Numbered from the stretch's first letter, positions 40,380-50,451 are shown. The stretch: 64,000 nt of DNA from a bacterium (GCA_965216315.1 CBDCFN010000016.1:1984001-2048000); one strand, 5' to 3'. Made by a program: numbers and translations. The notes: generated by a model not told the origin, from the sequence alone.

Positions 40380-40748
40380 ATGCAGCCCAATCAGCCATCG
40401 CCAAAGAAAAACTCCAACTTCAAGATCGTCTTAGTTATTTTAGGCCTGGCGATTTTACCTATTGCGTTCTTTCTCTATCCTGAGTTTGAACGCAGCCAAA
40501 TCCTCGAAGATGGCATTCCGGCGCAAGGCACGATCATCAAAGTCCGGGACACGGGGAATCGTTTCAACGACCAGCCCCAGGTCAAGGTCTGGGTCAAAGT
40601 CGAACCCGATAAGGCGGAACCCTATGAAGCGATGACCAAGATGGTCATCTCACCGGTCTACATCCCGCAGTTTCAACCGGGCAAGCGCGTTCGCGTCCGC
40701 TATGACGCCGATGATCCGACGAAAATCGCCATCGAAGCGACCGAGTAA
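40380..40748 (+). CDS. DUF3592-like membrane-anchored protein
   Basis: One TM helix, GIPAQGTI...QPGKRVRVRYDADDP. Confidence 0.75.
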   Translation: MQPNQPSPKKNSNFKIVLVILGLAILPIAFFLYPEFERSQILEDGIPAQGTIIKVRDTGNRFNDQPQVKVWVKVEPDKAEPYEAMTKMVISPVYIPQFQPGKRVRVRYDADDPTKIAIEATE

Positions 40749-40751
40749 ACG

Positions 40752-40778
40752 CAACCCTTGGTTGTTCTGTACCGATAA
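40752..40778 (+). promoter_or_regulatory. Sigma28-like promoter
   Basis: CAAC-N15-ACCGATAA, 12 nt before ATG 40791. Confidence 0.45.
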
Positions 40779-40790
40779 CCTATAATAAGG

Positions 40791-41642
40791 ATGTCTATGC
40801 GATTTCGCTTTAAATATCTTATTCTCTGCACCCTGCTCGGCTGTGTTATGGCCTGCACCCAGGGTTTTCAACTGCCAAGCGGTCAACCGACCTCGGCCAC
40901 TAATATCGATATCGAAGATGAAGAGGAGACGACTGAACTGGCCGCTGAGGATCCTCTTGAGGAGCCTGCTGCAGAGCCGTTAGTAGATCCTTTCGTGGAA
41001 ACGGGACCCAGCATCGAACCTGAGGAGGCCGTGACACGTTCGATGGAAAGTCGTCGCATCTCAGCACCTGGCGAAACGCCAGTCACCATTGCCGACTCGA
41101 GCGGCACGACGGCGGCCCCGTCCAGTCACGAATCGGTTCAGTGCTTGGGAGCTTTTATCATCGCTTGGCCCCACGCGACCCGACCAGAGGGTATTCCGGA
41201 TTCTGGTTTTAACCATGAAGCCTACTGCCGCGATAGTGCCCTTATCCCGGCAAGTGCGCTCTTTAGTGATGACTTCGCCCGCCAGGCCCAAATTCGGAGA
41301 TTCAGCGCCACGTTTGTCGAAGACGACACACCCGTTTGCCTTATAGGGCACAACTGTGTCCGCAAAAATCACCTCGCCGAAGACTTAGGTCTCACCGCCG
41401 GTTATTACTTGGTTTACGAGATCCTAGATTGTGATGCACTCCATTACCGGTACCATGAAAGAGAAAATGCTATTTTCATAGAAATGGATAGGGATGCGCG
41501 TTTCAAGGATGCACGAGCATTGAAGGAATATGTCTGCCATTCGAGTATTCGCTTCATCGGAGATGCCTACGTACCATCAATGTTACGTTTCATGGAAAGA
41601 GAACCCGGCGCCTTCATTCGCTACCTATTCCCAAAAGAATAG
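40791..41642 (+). CDS. Orphan lipoprotein, GxYLV family member 1
   Basis: Lipobox VMAC, acidic linker, FIIAW and AGYYLVY motifs. Confidence 0.75.
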   Translation: MSMRFRFKYLILCTLLGCVMACTQGFQLPSGQPTSATNIDIEDEEETTELAAEDPLEEPAAEPLVDPFVETGPSIEPEEAVTRSMESRRISAPGETPVTIADSSGTTAAPSSHESVQCLGAFIIAWPHATRPEGIPDSGFNHEAYCRDSALIPASALFSDDFARQAQIRRFSATFVEDDTPVCLIGHNCVRKNHLAEDLGLTAGYYLVYEILDCDALHYRYHERENAIFIEMDRDARFKDARALKEYVCHSSIRFIGDAYVPSMLRFMEREPGAFIRYLFPKE

Positions 41643-41646
41643 CACT

Positions 41647-44600
41647 TTAGCCCGTCTGACTCTCGATAAACGCCTTCATCGCCACCCGTTTGATCGGGAT
41701 ATTGTGCTTTTGTAACTGCGTGTATAGATAGCGACGTGAAATCCCCAAGGCTTCAGCCGCGAGCTTCTTATTAAAACCGCTGTCCTGCAAGGCCTTTAAG
41801 ATAATGTTCTTCTCACTCAACTTCTTGCTCCCACTGTCGATGGCAGGAGCTGAACCTGCCATCGCCTGCGGCCGCCCTTCAAAAAGCGCCTTCTTAAAGT
41901 GGAAGGATTTAGGCAGGAGTTTCTTCTTGTGGTGAAAGAGACTCGCACTACGAACCGTGTTTTCCAATTCGCGCACATTCCCCGGCCAGGTATAAAGCGT
42001 CAATAGTTCAAGCGCTTCCGGTGTTATTTCGTAAGCGTCACGTTTTTCATTGCGACCCATTTTTTCAAGGAAATGTTTTACGAGGATGGGGATATCTTCA
42101 ATGCGCTCGCGCAACGGCGGCAAGGTAACCGTCATTCCATTGAGGCGATAAAAAAGATCTTCCCGAAACGATCCATCAACGATCAATTCATTCAGGTCTT
42201 TATTACTCGCTGACACCACCCGCACATCGACCGTGATAACTTGATTGGAACCCAAGGGACGAATCTCGCCTTCTTGCAAAAAGCGCAATAGTTTAGCCTG
42301 CATCGGCGGGCTCATATCCGCGATTTCATCGAGAAAAACCGTGCCCCCGTTCGCGTATTCAAGTAAGCCTTTTTTATCGCGGTCCGCATGGGTGAACGCC
42401 CCCTTCTTGTGCCCGAAGAGTTCCGACTCCAGCAATGTCTCCGGCAAGCTCGAACAGTTTTCACTGACAAAGGCTTTTTTGGCACGGGGCCCTTTATAAT
42501 GGAGGGCACTCGCAATCATTTCCTTACCTGTTCCGGATTCTCCAAAGATCCAGACCGGTATACTCGTATCGACCAGCCGATCGACGAGGGAGAGCACCTC
42601 CAACATCGCCGGTGATTGACCGACAATCTCGCCGTATTCATAAGTGAGTTTTTGACGCGTCTCCGCGATATCTTTCTTAAGAATTGTCAGCTCGCTGCTT
42701 TGACTATCGACGGTCTCCGCAAGCTGCTTGTTGTTCTGACGCAAGCCCTGAATCATTTGGGCTTTTTGGAGCGCCAAACCAGCATGATCTGCAAAAATTT
42801 GTAAGACCTCCGATTCCTGCCCATGAAAACGCTCGGTTTCATAACTATGATCCATATAGAGCACGCCAACGACCTCATCGGCCGTCGTCAGGGGAAGGAC
42901 GAGGATCGATTTGAGATCGAGCTCATGCACACTCTCAGCCGATTCAAAACGTTGATCAAGAATCGCGTTGTCGGTCACCAGCGGCTGACCATTCTTAACG
43001 ACTTCGCCGACGGCTGAAAGACTCACGCGAAAATCATCGCCTTCCAGTAAATCTTTTGAGATGTTGCGCGCAACCTTGACGGAGTAACCGGCGACAGGAG
43101 AGTCAGGGTCTTCCGCTTTAATCAGCAAAAATCCCCTCTCGGCTCCGGATAGCTGCATGGCTGCATCCATGATCTGTTGGAGCACTTCATCAACGTTATT
43201 AGAACCTAACAGGTCCTTGGTGATCCCATGTAATTTTTGCAGAATATCCATTGTTTTAATCTCCCCTAATTGTGTTTCTGTCTCGCCCGCTTGGGCTAAA
43301 CAATATTTTTGATAATCGGGTCGTTCCTCAAAACTCAATTTGAGTGGGTCTGAGAGCCGTTCGTAAAGTGTCGTTAGTATCGTAGGTAATTCAGCCTGCC
43401 GCGCTGGTTCCAAAGCAAGCATCAAACGCACCCAACGTCGTTCCAAATCCCACTCGACCGGGGCCGCTTCTTTCTGGAGATGACGCGGGATGGCTAAAGC
43501 ACCAGTGTGTTTACCGTGACGAAGCATGTCGATTTCGAAACGAACTTCCTGCTGACGGTCACGAATATTAGCCATACCACTCATCGTGTCGGCCTGAGTT
43601 GAAAAGGAATCCGCTTGATCAAAATGTCCCACGCTGGCCCACACGAGAGCCAACTGCAGCAAGTTCAGCCCTTGATCATAGGGACTGCCAAAAAAGAGAA
43701 AGAGTTCGCGTGCCTTTTCAAGCTCTTCCAAGGCGCGCAGGTAATCGCCACGCCGTGTCGCAAATACGCCTAGATTTTGATAGACACGGGCCAATAACGA
43801 TTCATCATGACTCTGGGCCGCAATCTCGAGGGCCTTATTGTAGGATGCTTCGACATCATCAGCCCGCCCCAGTTGAAGAGCTAAGTTACCTTTCTCAAGC
43901 TCACTGGAAAAAAGGCCATGAGTCGACGACAAGAGTTCATAGATGCCTTCCCCTAGCTGCAAATACAACAGGGCTTGATCCCAATCGCCCTGTTCCGCTG
44001 CCATCAAAGCCTGATGCTTGTAGATTTCGGCCTTCTGTTGCGTCTCTTCGGGCAAAAGTCCATGGGCCTCAATAAAATGTTTTTGTGCCGAATCAAATTT
44101 TTCTTCGTTAATGTCCAAAAGCCCCAACATCGAATGAGCACGCGCAAGGCGGGGCCGATGAGACTCTTTCGCCAAATCACCGGCCTTCAAACAAAATTCC
44201 AAACGTTGACGGGCTTTTGATAATTGTCCGAGATTTTTGTAGGCCACTCCCGTCGATAACCCATATTTAACCGGATTAAGACCTTCTTCATCCTGCGGGA
44301 ATTCCTGATGCCATTGCTCCGCAATGCGAATCGTCTCAACAAAATTTCCTTCTGATCCGTAGGCATTCGCTAACTGCCTCAACAACAACTCTCTGTCCGA
44401 CGGATCCAGATCATGCTGCAAACACTTGTTAAAAAGAGCCTCTGCCAACTCAGCTTCGTGGCGGGCAATATATATGGACCCTGCCTTCAAGACCCATTCA
44501 ATCTGCTTGGGATGCAAAGGCAAGTGAGCGGCATGATGAGCCATCGCTTTAATCAGGTCCGCTTCCAACTCTTCGTTCCCGGATTCAAATACCTCTCCCC

Positions 44601-46368
44601 AGTAATCCAACCAATGCTGGTGGATTTTATTTCGATCTCGTGCATCAAGTTTATTTAAGACAATATCAGCTAAACGAGGGTGGGCGAGCTGATAGGCACC
44701 CGTATCTTCGTTATGATTTTTTATCAGACCCTGATCAATGAGACCGTTCACAAGCCCACCTACTTCAGTGGGCTTTCCACTATAAAGCGCTCGCAAATGG
44801 TTGCGGCTGACAGGCAGCAAGGTCGTTGCAATCAAACGAATTATTTCCGTCTCCGCTGCGTTCAACTTCTCAACGCGTTGTTTCAATAAATCTTCGAAAT
44901 TCTCAGGAAGGCTGATTTGCTGAAATTCCTTAAGGCTCAAGTGTTTCTTCGCCGCCAAGCCACTGGATCTGATTTCCTTAACTGTTTGGGTCAGTAACTC
45001 CGGATTTCCCTGGGTCCGTTCATAAATGACATCAATAATTTCTGTCGGTAAAGACTGCTGCAATAAAGCACCGATAAACTGCTCGGCATCATCCCTAGCT
45101 AAAGGGTGGAGACCGATATCAAGTACTTGGGAGTCTTCCTTAAGGTTGGCAAAAAAATGAGCCAGCACGGCATCAAGGTGATCATCATTGTATTCAAGGA
45201 TGAGAACACCATCAGCTCGCTCATCACTCTTCAGAAAATGATAGAGATCCCTTAAATGGTCACGCCGGAGGTTTTCGGCGCCGCGCACCATCGTGACAAA
45301 TGTATCCTCAGAATATTGCAGGCGTCCAACGTCTTTAGCCTGCAACTGTGCAACTTTTATTCCCTCCAAAACGAGGTGAAAAAAAAGTTCCTGCGTAAAG
45401 CGATTTTTACCGGTACCGGTAAGTCCGTGAATTAGAATGACCCCGCGGCTCTTGTCTTCTCGTTGTTTTTGAATAAAGCGAAGCGCTTCGTCCCATTCAA
45501 ACTCGCGGCCGAACAGCAGAAAGGAATGCATCGTCTCACTGCTCACTTCTTTGGTTTCACCACTCTCAAGTGCTTCGAGAACATCGCTTACTGATTTGAA
45601 ACGGCGCAAGGCATCGGCCTCAATCATACGATCGATTACCTTGGCAACCCGCTTAGGAATCGAACTTGACCGATCCGCTAAGCGCTGAAATTCAGGCGAA
45701 AAGAGATCGCGGAGGTTACGTGCGTCACGCCGTGGGTGGTGACCCGCCAAGGCCTCATAAAAAACTGTGCCCAATGAAAAAATATCACTGCCGGTCCCCC
45801 GCTCTCCTTTTAAGAGCTCCGGAGCGAGATAAGGAATCGCACCCTTCAACTTGGTCATCTCGGCGCGCGTCGCCTTGGGTGCAAAGATCGCAAAACCAAA
45901 ATCGACCAAGCGCGCCTGTCCGTTCTTATCGACCATGATGTTGGCAGGCTTAATGTCACCATGGAGGATCCCTTGCCCGTGGAGATAATCAAGCGCCTGG
46001 AGGCTCTGCTGCAACCAGGCGAGTATTTGTTCCGGAGTCGCTCCCCGCACGGCATCCTGCAAAGACGCCCCGTCGACCAATTCCATCCAGAAACACGGGG
46101 CCGGATCGACGCCCTCGATCTCATCGCCTGATTTGGAAAAACCGTAGATGGGAACCAGCCCCGGGTGTTGGAGCTTGGAAAGAAAACGCGCCTCCCGCTC
46201 AAAATTAGCGAGTGCCACTTGGGACGTATCCTTTAAGACCTTGAGGGCCACCGGTGGTTGATCCGGCGCTTGGACATCGAGGGCCCGATAGACCGAGCCA
46301 CTGGCGCCGGCATCCAATAATTCCTCAGCCTTCAATTGTGCCACAGGTGTATTGTAAAGTGTGCACAA
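41647..46368 (-). CDS. Ser/Thr kinase - P-loop ATPase - TPR - GAF - sigma54 enhancer-binding protein (start possibly GTG 46344)
   Basis: VALK, HGDIKPAN, DFG, APE; GLTGTGKN and GNP; TPR helices; GAF; GESGTGKE, ESELFGHKKGAFTHA, FLDEI, FREDLFYRL, WPGNVRELEN; Fis-type HTH. Confidence 0.93.
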   Translation of the reverse strand: MCTLYNTPVAQLKAEELLDAGASGSVYRALDVQAPDQPPVALKVLKDTSQVALANFEREARFLSKLQHPGLVPIYGFSKSGDEIEGVDPAPCFWMELVDGASLQDAVRGATPEQILAWLQQSLQALDYLHGQGILHGDIKPANIMVDKNGQARLVDFGFAIFAPKATRAEMTKLKGAIPYLAPELLKGERGTGSDIFSLGTVFYEALAGHHPRRDARNLRDLFSPEFQRLADRSSSIPKRVAKVIDRMIEADALRRFKSVSDVLEALESGETKEVSSETMHSFLLFGREFEWDEALRFIQKQREDKSRGVILIHGLTGTGKNRFTQELFFHLVLEGIKVAQLQAKDVGRLQYSEDTFVTMVRGAENLRRDHLRDLYHFLKSDERADGVLILEYNDDHLDAVLAHFFANLKEDSQVLDIGLHPLARDDAEQFIGALLQQSLPTEIIDVIYERTQGNPELLTQTVKEIRSSGLAAKKHLSLKEFQQISLPENFEDLLKQRVEKLNAAETEIIRLIATTLLPVSRNHLRALYSGKPTEVGGLVNGLIDQGLIKNHNEDTGAYQLAHPRLADIVLNKLDARDRNKIHQHWLDYWGEVFESGNEELEADLIKAMAHHAAHLPLHPKQIEWVLKAGSIYIARHEAELAEALFNKCLQHDLDPSDRELLLRQLANAYGSEGNFVETIRIAEQWHQEFPQDEEGLNPVKYGLSTGVAYKNLGQLSKARQRLEFCLKAGDLAKESHRPRLARAHSMLGLLDINEEKFDSAQKHFIEAHGLLPEETQQKAEIYKHQALMAAEQGDWDQALLYLQLGEGIYELLSSTHGLFSSELEKGNLALQLGRADDVEASYNKALEIAAQSHDESLLARVYQNLGVFATRRGDYLRALEELEKARELFLFFGSPYDQGLNLLQLALVWASVGHFDQADSFSTQADTMSGMANIRDRQQEVRFEIDMLRHGKHTGALAIPRHLQKEAAPVEWDLERRWVRLMLALEPARQAELPTILTTLYERLSDPLKLSFEERPDYQKYCLAQAGETETQLGEIKTMDILQKLHGITKDLLGSNNVDEVLQQIMDAAMQLSGAERGFLLIKAEDPDSPVAGYSVKVARNISKDLLEGDDFRVSLSAVGEVVKNGQPLVTDNAILDQRFESAESVHELDLKSILVLPLTTADEVVGVLYMDHSYETERFHGQESEVLQIFADHAGLALQKAQMIQGLRQNNKQLAETVDSQSSELTILKKDIAETRQKLTYEYGEIVGQSPAMLEVLSLVDRLVDTSIPVWIFGESGTGKEMIASALHYKGPRAKKAFVSENCSSLPETLLESELFGHKKGAFTHADRDKKGLLEYANGGTVFLDEIADMSPPMQAKLLRFLQEGEIRPLGSNQVITVDVRVVSASNKDLNELIVDGSFREDLFYRLNGMTVTLPPLRERIEDIPILVKHFLEKMGRNEKRDAYEITPEALELLTLYTWPGNVRELENTVRSASLFHHKKKLLPKSFHFKKALFEGRPQAMAGSAPAIDSGSKKLSEKNIILKALQDSGFNKKLAAEALGISRRYLYTQLQKHNIPIKRVAMKAFIESQTG

Positions 46369-46437
46369 CGAAGGGTCAATAATTCACAATTGATGGAGGG
46401 ATTGACGCTGAAATCGCCGCTGCTCAGCGGCATTTTA

Positions 46438-46503
46438 TGTGAATAAAATGTGAATAAAGTGTGATATAAATGTGATGTAATAAGTGTGATATTTTTGTGA
46501 TAT
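46438..46503 (+). repeat. Helically phased TGTGA direct-repeat array
   Basis: TGTGA at 46438, 46449, 46460, 46471, 46485, 46496 (spacings 11, 11, 11, 14, 11). Confidence 0.85.
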
Positions 46504-46581
46504 CCGCAACTCCCCTAATCAAAATAAATTTTAGCACAATAATTTCAGTGAGTTATAAGCTAACTATTTCGGGGAAATAGT

Positions 46582-46597
46582 TGGCACACATATTGCT
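46582..46597 (+). promoter_or_regulatory. Sigma54 promoter
   Basis: TGGCAC-ACATA-TTGCT, 40 nt before ATG 46638. Confidence 0.85.
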
Positions 46598-46637
46598 ATA
46601 CACAATAAGTGTTTACATAATTTTTGGAGGTATAAAT

Positions 46638-46934
46638 ATGTCAGGCACACGTATCAGTCGTTACGACACGCATCCCCAGGGCGATACCGACCCGAACACA
46701 TCCCAGCGCGGTCCCGAGGCAGCGCGGGCTCACGATATCAGCCATACGGCTCGCGATCTCAACGAGGCGAGTTATCAAGCATCTCAACAATTGGATCGGG
46801 TCACGCAAACTCGCCCGAGGCGACAACGTCCGGCACGCATGACTCAACAGGAGATCATGGAAACTCAGCAGCGACGCAATAATGAGCTCGCCCGCATCAT
46901 CGAAGGAGCTTTACAGACGAGGACAAGACGATGA
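46638..46934 (+). CDS. Small Q/R-rich orphan protein (MSGTRISRY)
   Basis: RBS GGAGG; ATGA overlap with the next gene. Confidence 0.75.
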   Translation: MSGTRISRYDTHPQGDTDPNTSQRGPEAARAHDISHTARDLNEASYQASQQLDRVTQTRPRRQRPARMTQQEIMETQQRRNNELARIIEGALQTRTRR

Positions 46935-47239
46935 GAGCCGAGTTTATCGTTCAAATCGATCAAGGAACTCAAACCATTGGAACATCTTTCCGTCCCGACC
47001 GGAATGATCCCTCAAACTTTCGCGTCAGCCGGCGTGAATACGATGAGATGCTCGCGAATGCGCGGCTTCCCGCGAACGCGCGATTGATCGGTGTCCAAGT
47101 CGGGGATCATTTTTTTCCGGCCGGGACTTCGGATCAATTTTATCGATTGTTCCGGCGCGGTCCGCTTCGCCCCGCACTACGACGGCGCGGCCCTGCGTTT
47201 TGGCAATCATTACAAAGCTTTCTTAACCGTTTGATATGA
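46931..47239 (+). CDS. Small orphan protein (probable paralog of 37885..38250)
   Basis: RBS GAGGA; REYDEMLANARLPANARLIGVQVG. Confidence 0.72.
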   Translation: MRAEFIVQIDQGTQTIGTSFRPDRNDPSNFRVSRREYDEMLANARLPANARLIGVQVGDHFFPAGTSDQFYRLFRRGPLRPALRRRGPAFWQSLQSFLNRLI

Positions 47240-47276
47240 GGATTTAATTTTAAATTTCGTCCCCCATGACGACCTA

Positions 47277-47328
47277 GGTCCCGCGGCTTTCCACTGGTAG
47301 GAGCCGCGGGGCCCCTCCTCTCTTTTTT
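47277..47328 (+). terminator. Stem-loop with downstream T tract
   Basis: CCCGCGGCT (47280-47288) / AGCCGCGGG (47302-47310), then a pyrimidine/T run. Confidence 0.55.
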
Positions 47329-47343
47329 AAAAAGGAAATGACC

Positions 47344-47754
47344 ATGTCAGGCAAAGAAGTTTCACGATATACAAGGCCCCGACCCTTACCGAACTCGACT
47401 CAGCCCGCAACAGTCGCTCAACCTACAGGTCGGGCAACACCGGCCCGAACGACTCAATATATGGCTACTCCGACGGGACAGCAGGCCCTGCAAGCAATCG
47501 AACAACGACGACAAATACAAGCAACGACACGTTACGAACAAACTTTGCGCCACGCCCCCATGCGTCACGGGAATATTACCTTTCGTCCAGGCGATCGCGT
47601 CATTTCAGTCAGGGATCCAAATCACGTCGTCACGATCGACCACTTCGAAACCCGTAGAGGATACGGCTGGGCTATTTTCCGCAATGGCGGGGAATCTCCT
47701 ATCGAAGATATTCACCATTATCACACCCCGGCATCACCAACGCGATCAGAATGA
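47344..47754 (+). CDS. Small orphan protein (MSGKEVSRY) with SH3/KOW-like C-terminus
   Basis: RBS AAGGA; P/T/Q-rich N-terminus; FRPGDRVIS segment. Confidence 0.7.
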   Translation: MSGKEVSRYTRPRPLPNSTQPATVAQPTGRATPARTTQYMATPTGQQALQAIEQRRQIQATTRYEQTLRHAPMRHGNITFRPGDRVISVRDPNHVVTIDHFETRRGYGWAIFRNGGESPIEDIHHYHTPASPTRSE

Positions 47755-50271
47755 TTTATTGGGGCGCTCCCACTCCCGAATGCGGCTGAGCAATTGCCAG
47801 ATCCAGTGTCTTTGCCCTGGTTCCGCAGCGACTCCACGACGACGTCGCGGTGATTCGGACTCACGACGTAATGCGTCCTTTTTGGTATCTGCATGATGGT
47901 GTGAGGTTGTCTGTGAAATCGTCTTGAACTTCTGACTTTCCAAGATGCTCCGATAACGCATGACGGGTGGCAACCTTTTCTCCTGCAATTGTTTAGCCCT
48001 TTGAATCATCTCGAAGTCAGCCTCGTCGGGAACCGGAAAGGCGATCCCGTTCGCATAGGTTGGCGAATGGCGAAAGTTATAAACGAGATGGTGCCAGTCC
48101 TCAAATCCCCGGAGTGGCTGGGGCTGGCGACGTCCCGCGCCCTTTAATTGCACGTCGGCGGCGGGAAAAGTCGTATTGGCCCACGTATCACAGGTCAGAT
48201 TACCGCCGTCTCTGATTTCATTGCCGACAATCACATCATCTCCGACGGGCACCGTATCCAAGACGCCATTGGCGCCCGGCCCGATGCAGAAATCATCCCC
48301 GTTGATATCAACCTGGACGTTGTTGGTATTCGGTGCCGGACAACTCGACCCTTCCAAAATCCCGTCACCGTCCCAGTCCATCGGCCCCAAAGCTAGTAGA
48401 GTGCCACCTATGCCGGCACACTCATCGAGCCCGAGCGGGAGCGTCTCACGCAAATCCGGCAGGTCATGCCGAGAAAAATCACAATTGCCGGGAACACCTG
48501 CCGCTGGCGTCGAAGGAACTGAACAGTCTTGAAAACGGTAATTCATGACACTGAGATAATTGGGCTTGTTGTGAATTCCATCATCGCCGCCATGTGCCAG
48601 ATTCAAAGTATGTCCCAACTCGTGCATAAAGGTCCCGGCCTGTTGGTTTTGACTGCCTACAGAAAACCCATTAGCGTCAATAGCCCAACAGGGGTTGCCA
48701 AGCTGATTCAGTCCCCCGAGCGAAACAAAGAAATCATTGGCGGTAAAATTTTCGGCCCATCCGCTTGTGCAATCATTCGTTTGGCGCCTTGAATTTGTCT
48801 GATGCACGAACAAGGCATAACGAAAGGCCGGCGCGCGCTCCTCGTTAAAGTTGGCCGCCTTCAAGGTGTAAAAACTCGTTCCCGGTCGTCCGGCCGCGCC
48901 ATCCCAGTCGACGACTTGATTCCCCGCCTCGGCAATATGATCGCCCCCCTCGCCGTAATCACCGAAGGTCCCGATCACGAAATTACCAGCCGCATTCGCC
49001 GTCCCGTTGACCGGTATCACGCCGGCCCCGTACAGTGTGCCCGTATCGACGTGCAATTGAATCCCCGTTGTGCCGTCAAGATTAACCACCGGGGCATTCG
49101 CAAAGGCCTGCACGACATCCTGCATCGCTGCTTGTAGCGGGCAGTGACTGTGATCGACCGGATCCGTCAACACACCGTTGCCATTGGCATCGTCAACAAG
49201 ACAGTCGACCTCAACAAAGAGATCCTTGCGCAATGGATCGGCCCCCATCGCCGGAAGATCGACATCAATCGTCCCATCCGCATCGACATCGATGCCGAAC
49301 CGTTCGGCTCGATCGTACAGTCCATCTCCGTCGCGGTCGATCCTGGAACCGACAGCAACAGACAAATTAAGATTGGCCGCAGGAACATTCCAACTATCGA
49401 CGAGCTCGCCGTCAGCCTTGTACACCTTGATTGCACCCGTCATGCCATCCGACCTGATGATTTCATCAGCTCCGTCCGCATCGAAATCGCCGACGGCGAC
49501 GTCGAGATTGAGATTCGCCGCCGGACCACTAAAACTCTCAAGAATACTCCCATCAAGACGATAGATTTTAACCTGGCCCGTCCAGCCATCTGCAATCACT
49601 ATGTCATCCGTTCCATCCGCGTCGACATCCCCCGAGGCCATACTGAGATTTTGGTTGGCTGCGGAACCGCCGAACCCTCCCAGCACATTCCCATCGATGT
49701 CATAGATTCTGATCGAACCCGTCATTCCGTCCGCCGTCATGATTTCATCAACACCGTCACCATTGACATCTCCGACCGCAACATCAAGGTTTTGGTTGGC
49801 TGCGAGACCGTCGAATCCTCCCAGCACATTCCCATCGATGTCATAGATTCTGATCGAACCCGTCATTCCGTCAGCGATTATAACCTCCTCAACATGATCG
49901 GTATTGACGTCTCCGACCGCGATGGTAAGATTTTGATTGGCCACCGGAACCTGAAAACTGCTCAGCAACTCTCCCTCGTCGGTATAGACGCGAACAATTC
50001 CCGTCATGCCATCTACAGTAACAATCTCGTCGTTAAAATGATCTCCATTGATATCGCCAGCCGCAATACTCAAATTTAAATTAGCGGCAGGAACAGAAAA
50101 ATGGTGAGCGGAGGTTTCGAGCGGATCATAAATTCGAATGAGACCGGTCCAACCGTCGGCAGTAAACAATGAAGCACCGATGGGTTCGTCTGCAAATGTT
50201 GAGGTATGAAATAAAAGCAAAGAGAAAAAGATTGAGAGGATGGTTACGAATTGAAATTTTATTTTTGTCAT
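47746..50271 (-). CDS. Secreted FG-GAP beta-propeller + zinc metallopeptidase (metzincin-like)
   Basis: RBS AGGAG before MTKIK; signal peptide; 47-aa repeats with GD(V/I/F)NGDGxDEI; HELGHTLNLAH and downstream SVMNY Met-turn. Confidence 0.85.
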   Translation of the reverse strand: MTKIKFQFVTILSIFFSLLLFHTSTFADEPIGASLFTADGWTGLIRIYDPLETSAHHFSVPAANLNLSIAAGDINGDHFNDEIVTVDGMTGIVRVYTDEGELLSSFQVPVANQNLTIAVGDVNTDHVEEVIIADGMTGSIRIYDIDGNVLGGFDGLAANQNLDVAVGDVNGDGVDEIMTADGMTGSIRIYDIDGNVLGGFGGSAANQNLSMASGDVDADGTDDIVIADGWTGQVKIYRLDGSILESFSGPAANLNLDVAVGDFDADGADEIIRSDGMTGAIKVYKADGELVDSWNVPAANLNLSVAVGSRIDRDGDGLYDRAERFGIDVDADGTIDVDLPAMGADPLRKDLFVEVDCLVDDANGNGVLTDPVDHSHCPLQAAMQDVVQAFANAPVVNLDGTTGIQLHVDTGTLYGAGVIPVNGTANAAGNFVIGTFGDYGEGGDHIAEAGNQVVDWDGAAGRPGTSFYTLKAANFNEERAPAFRYALFVHQTNSRRQTNDCTSGWAENFTANDFFVSLGGLNQLGNPCWAIDANGFSVGSQNQQAGTFMHELGHTLNLAHGGDDGIHNKPNYLSVMNYRFQDCSVPSTPAAGVPGNCDFSRHDLPDLRETLPLGLDECAGIGGTLLALGPMDWDGDGILEGSSCPAPNTNNVQVDINGDDFCIGPGANGVLDTVPVGDDVIVGNEIRDGGNLTCDTWANTTFPAADVQLKGAGRRQPQPLRGFEDWHHLVYNFRHSPTYANGIAFPVPDEADFEMIQRAKQLQEKRLPPVMRYRSILESQKFKTISQTTSHHHADTKKDALRRESESPRRRRGVAAEPGQRHWIWQLLSRIREWERPNKSF

Positions 50272-50300
50272 AGCACTCCTTTTGGCGAAGTGCTGCACAA

Positions 50301-50316
50301 AGCAAGACCTGTGCCA
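50301..50316 (-). promoter_or_regulatory. Sigma54 promoter
   Basis: Minus strand TGGCAC-AGGTC-TTGCT, 29 nt before ATG 50271. Confidence 0.85.
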
Positions 50317-50451
50317 GAAATATTTTTTATTGCTAAAAACCATTTCAACTCGCTAATTCAAAAAAATATTTTTTCGAATTCTTGCGAAGTCCACACGGTC
50401 GTTCAAAAGCTATTTCCAGGGTGCCTCGTCCCCATTCTGAGATTTGAAATC

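Noticed and set aside
46581..50343. ORF-track starts at 46581 and 50343
   Set aside because: Both extensions overlap sigma54 promoters; downstream ATGs (46638, 50271) have good RBSs.
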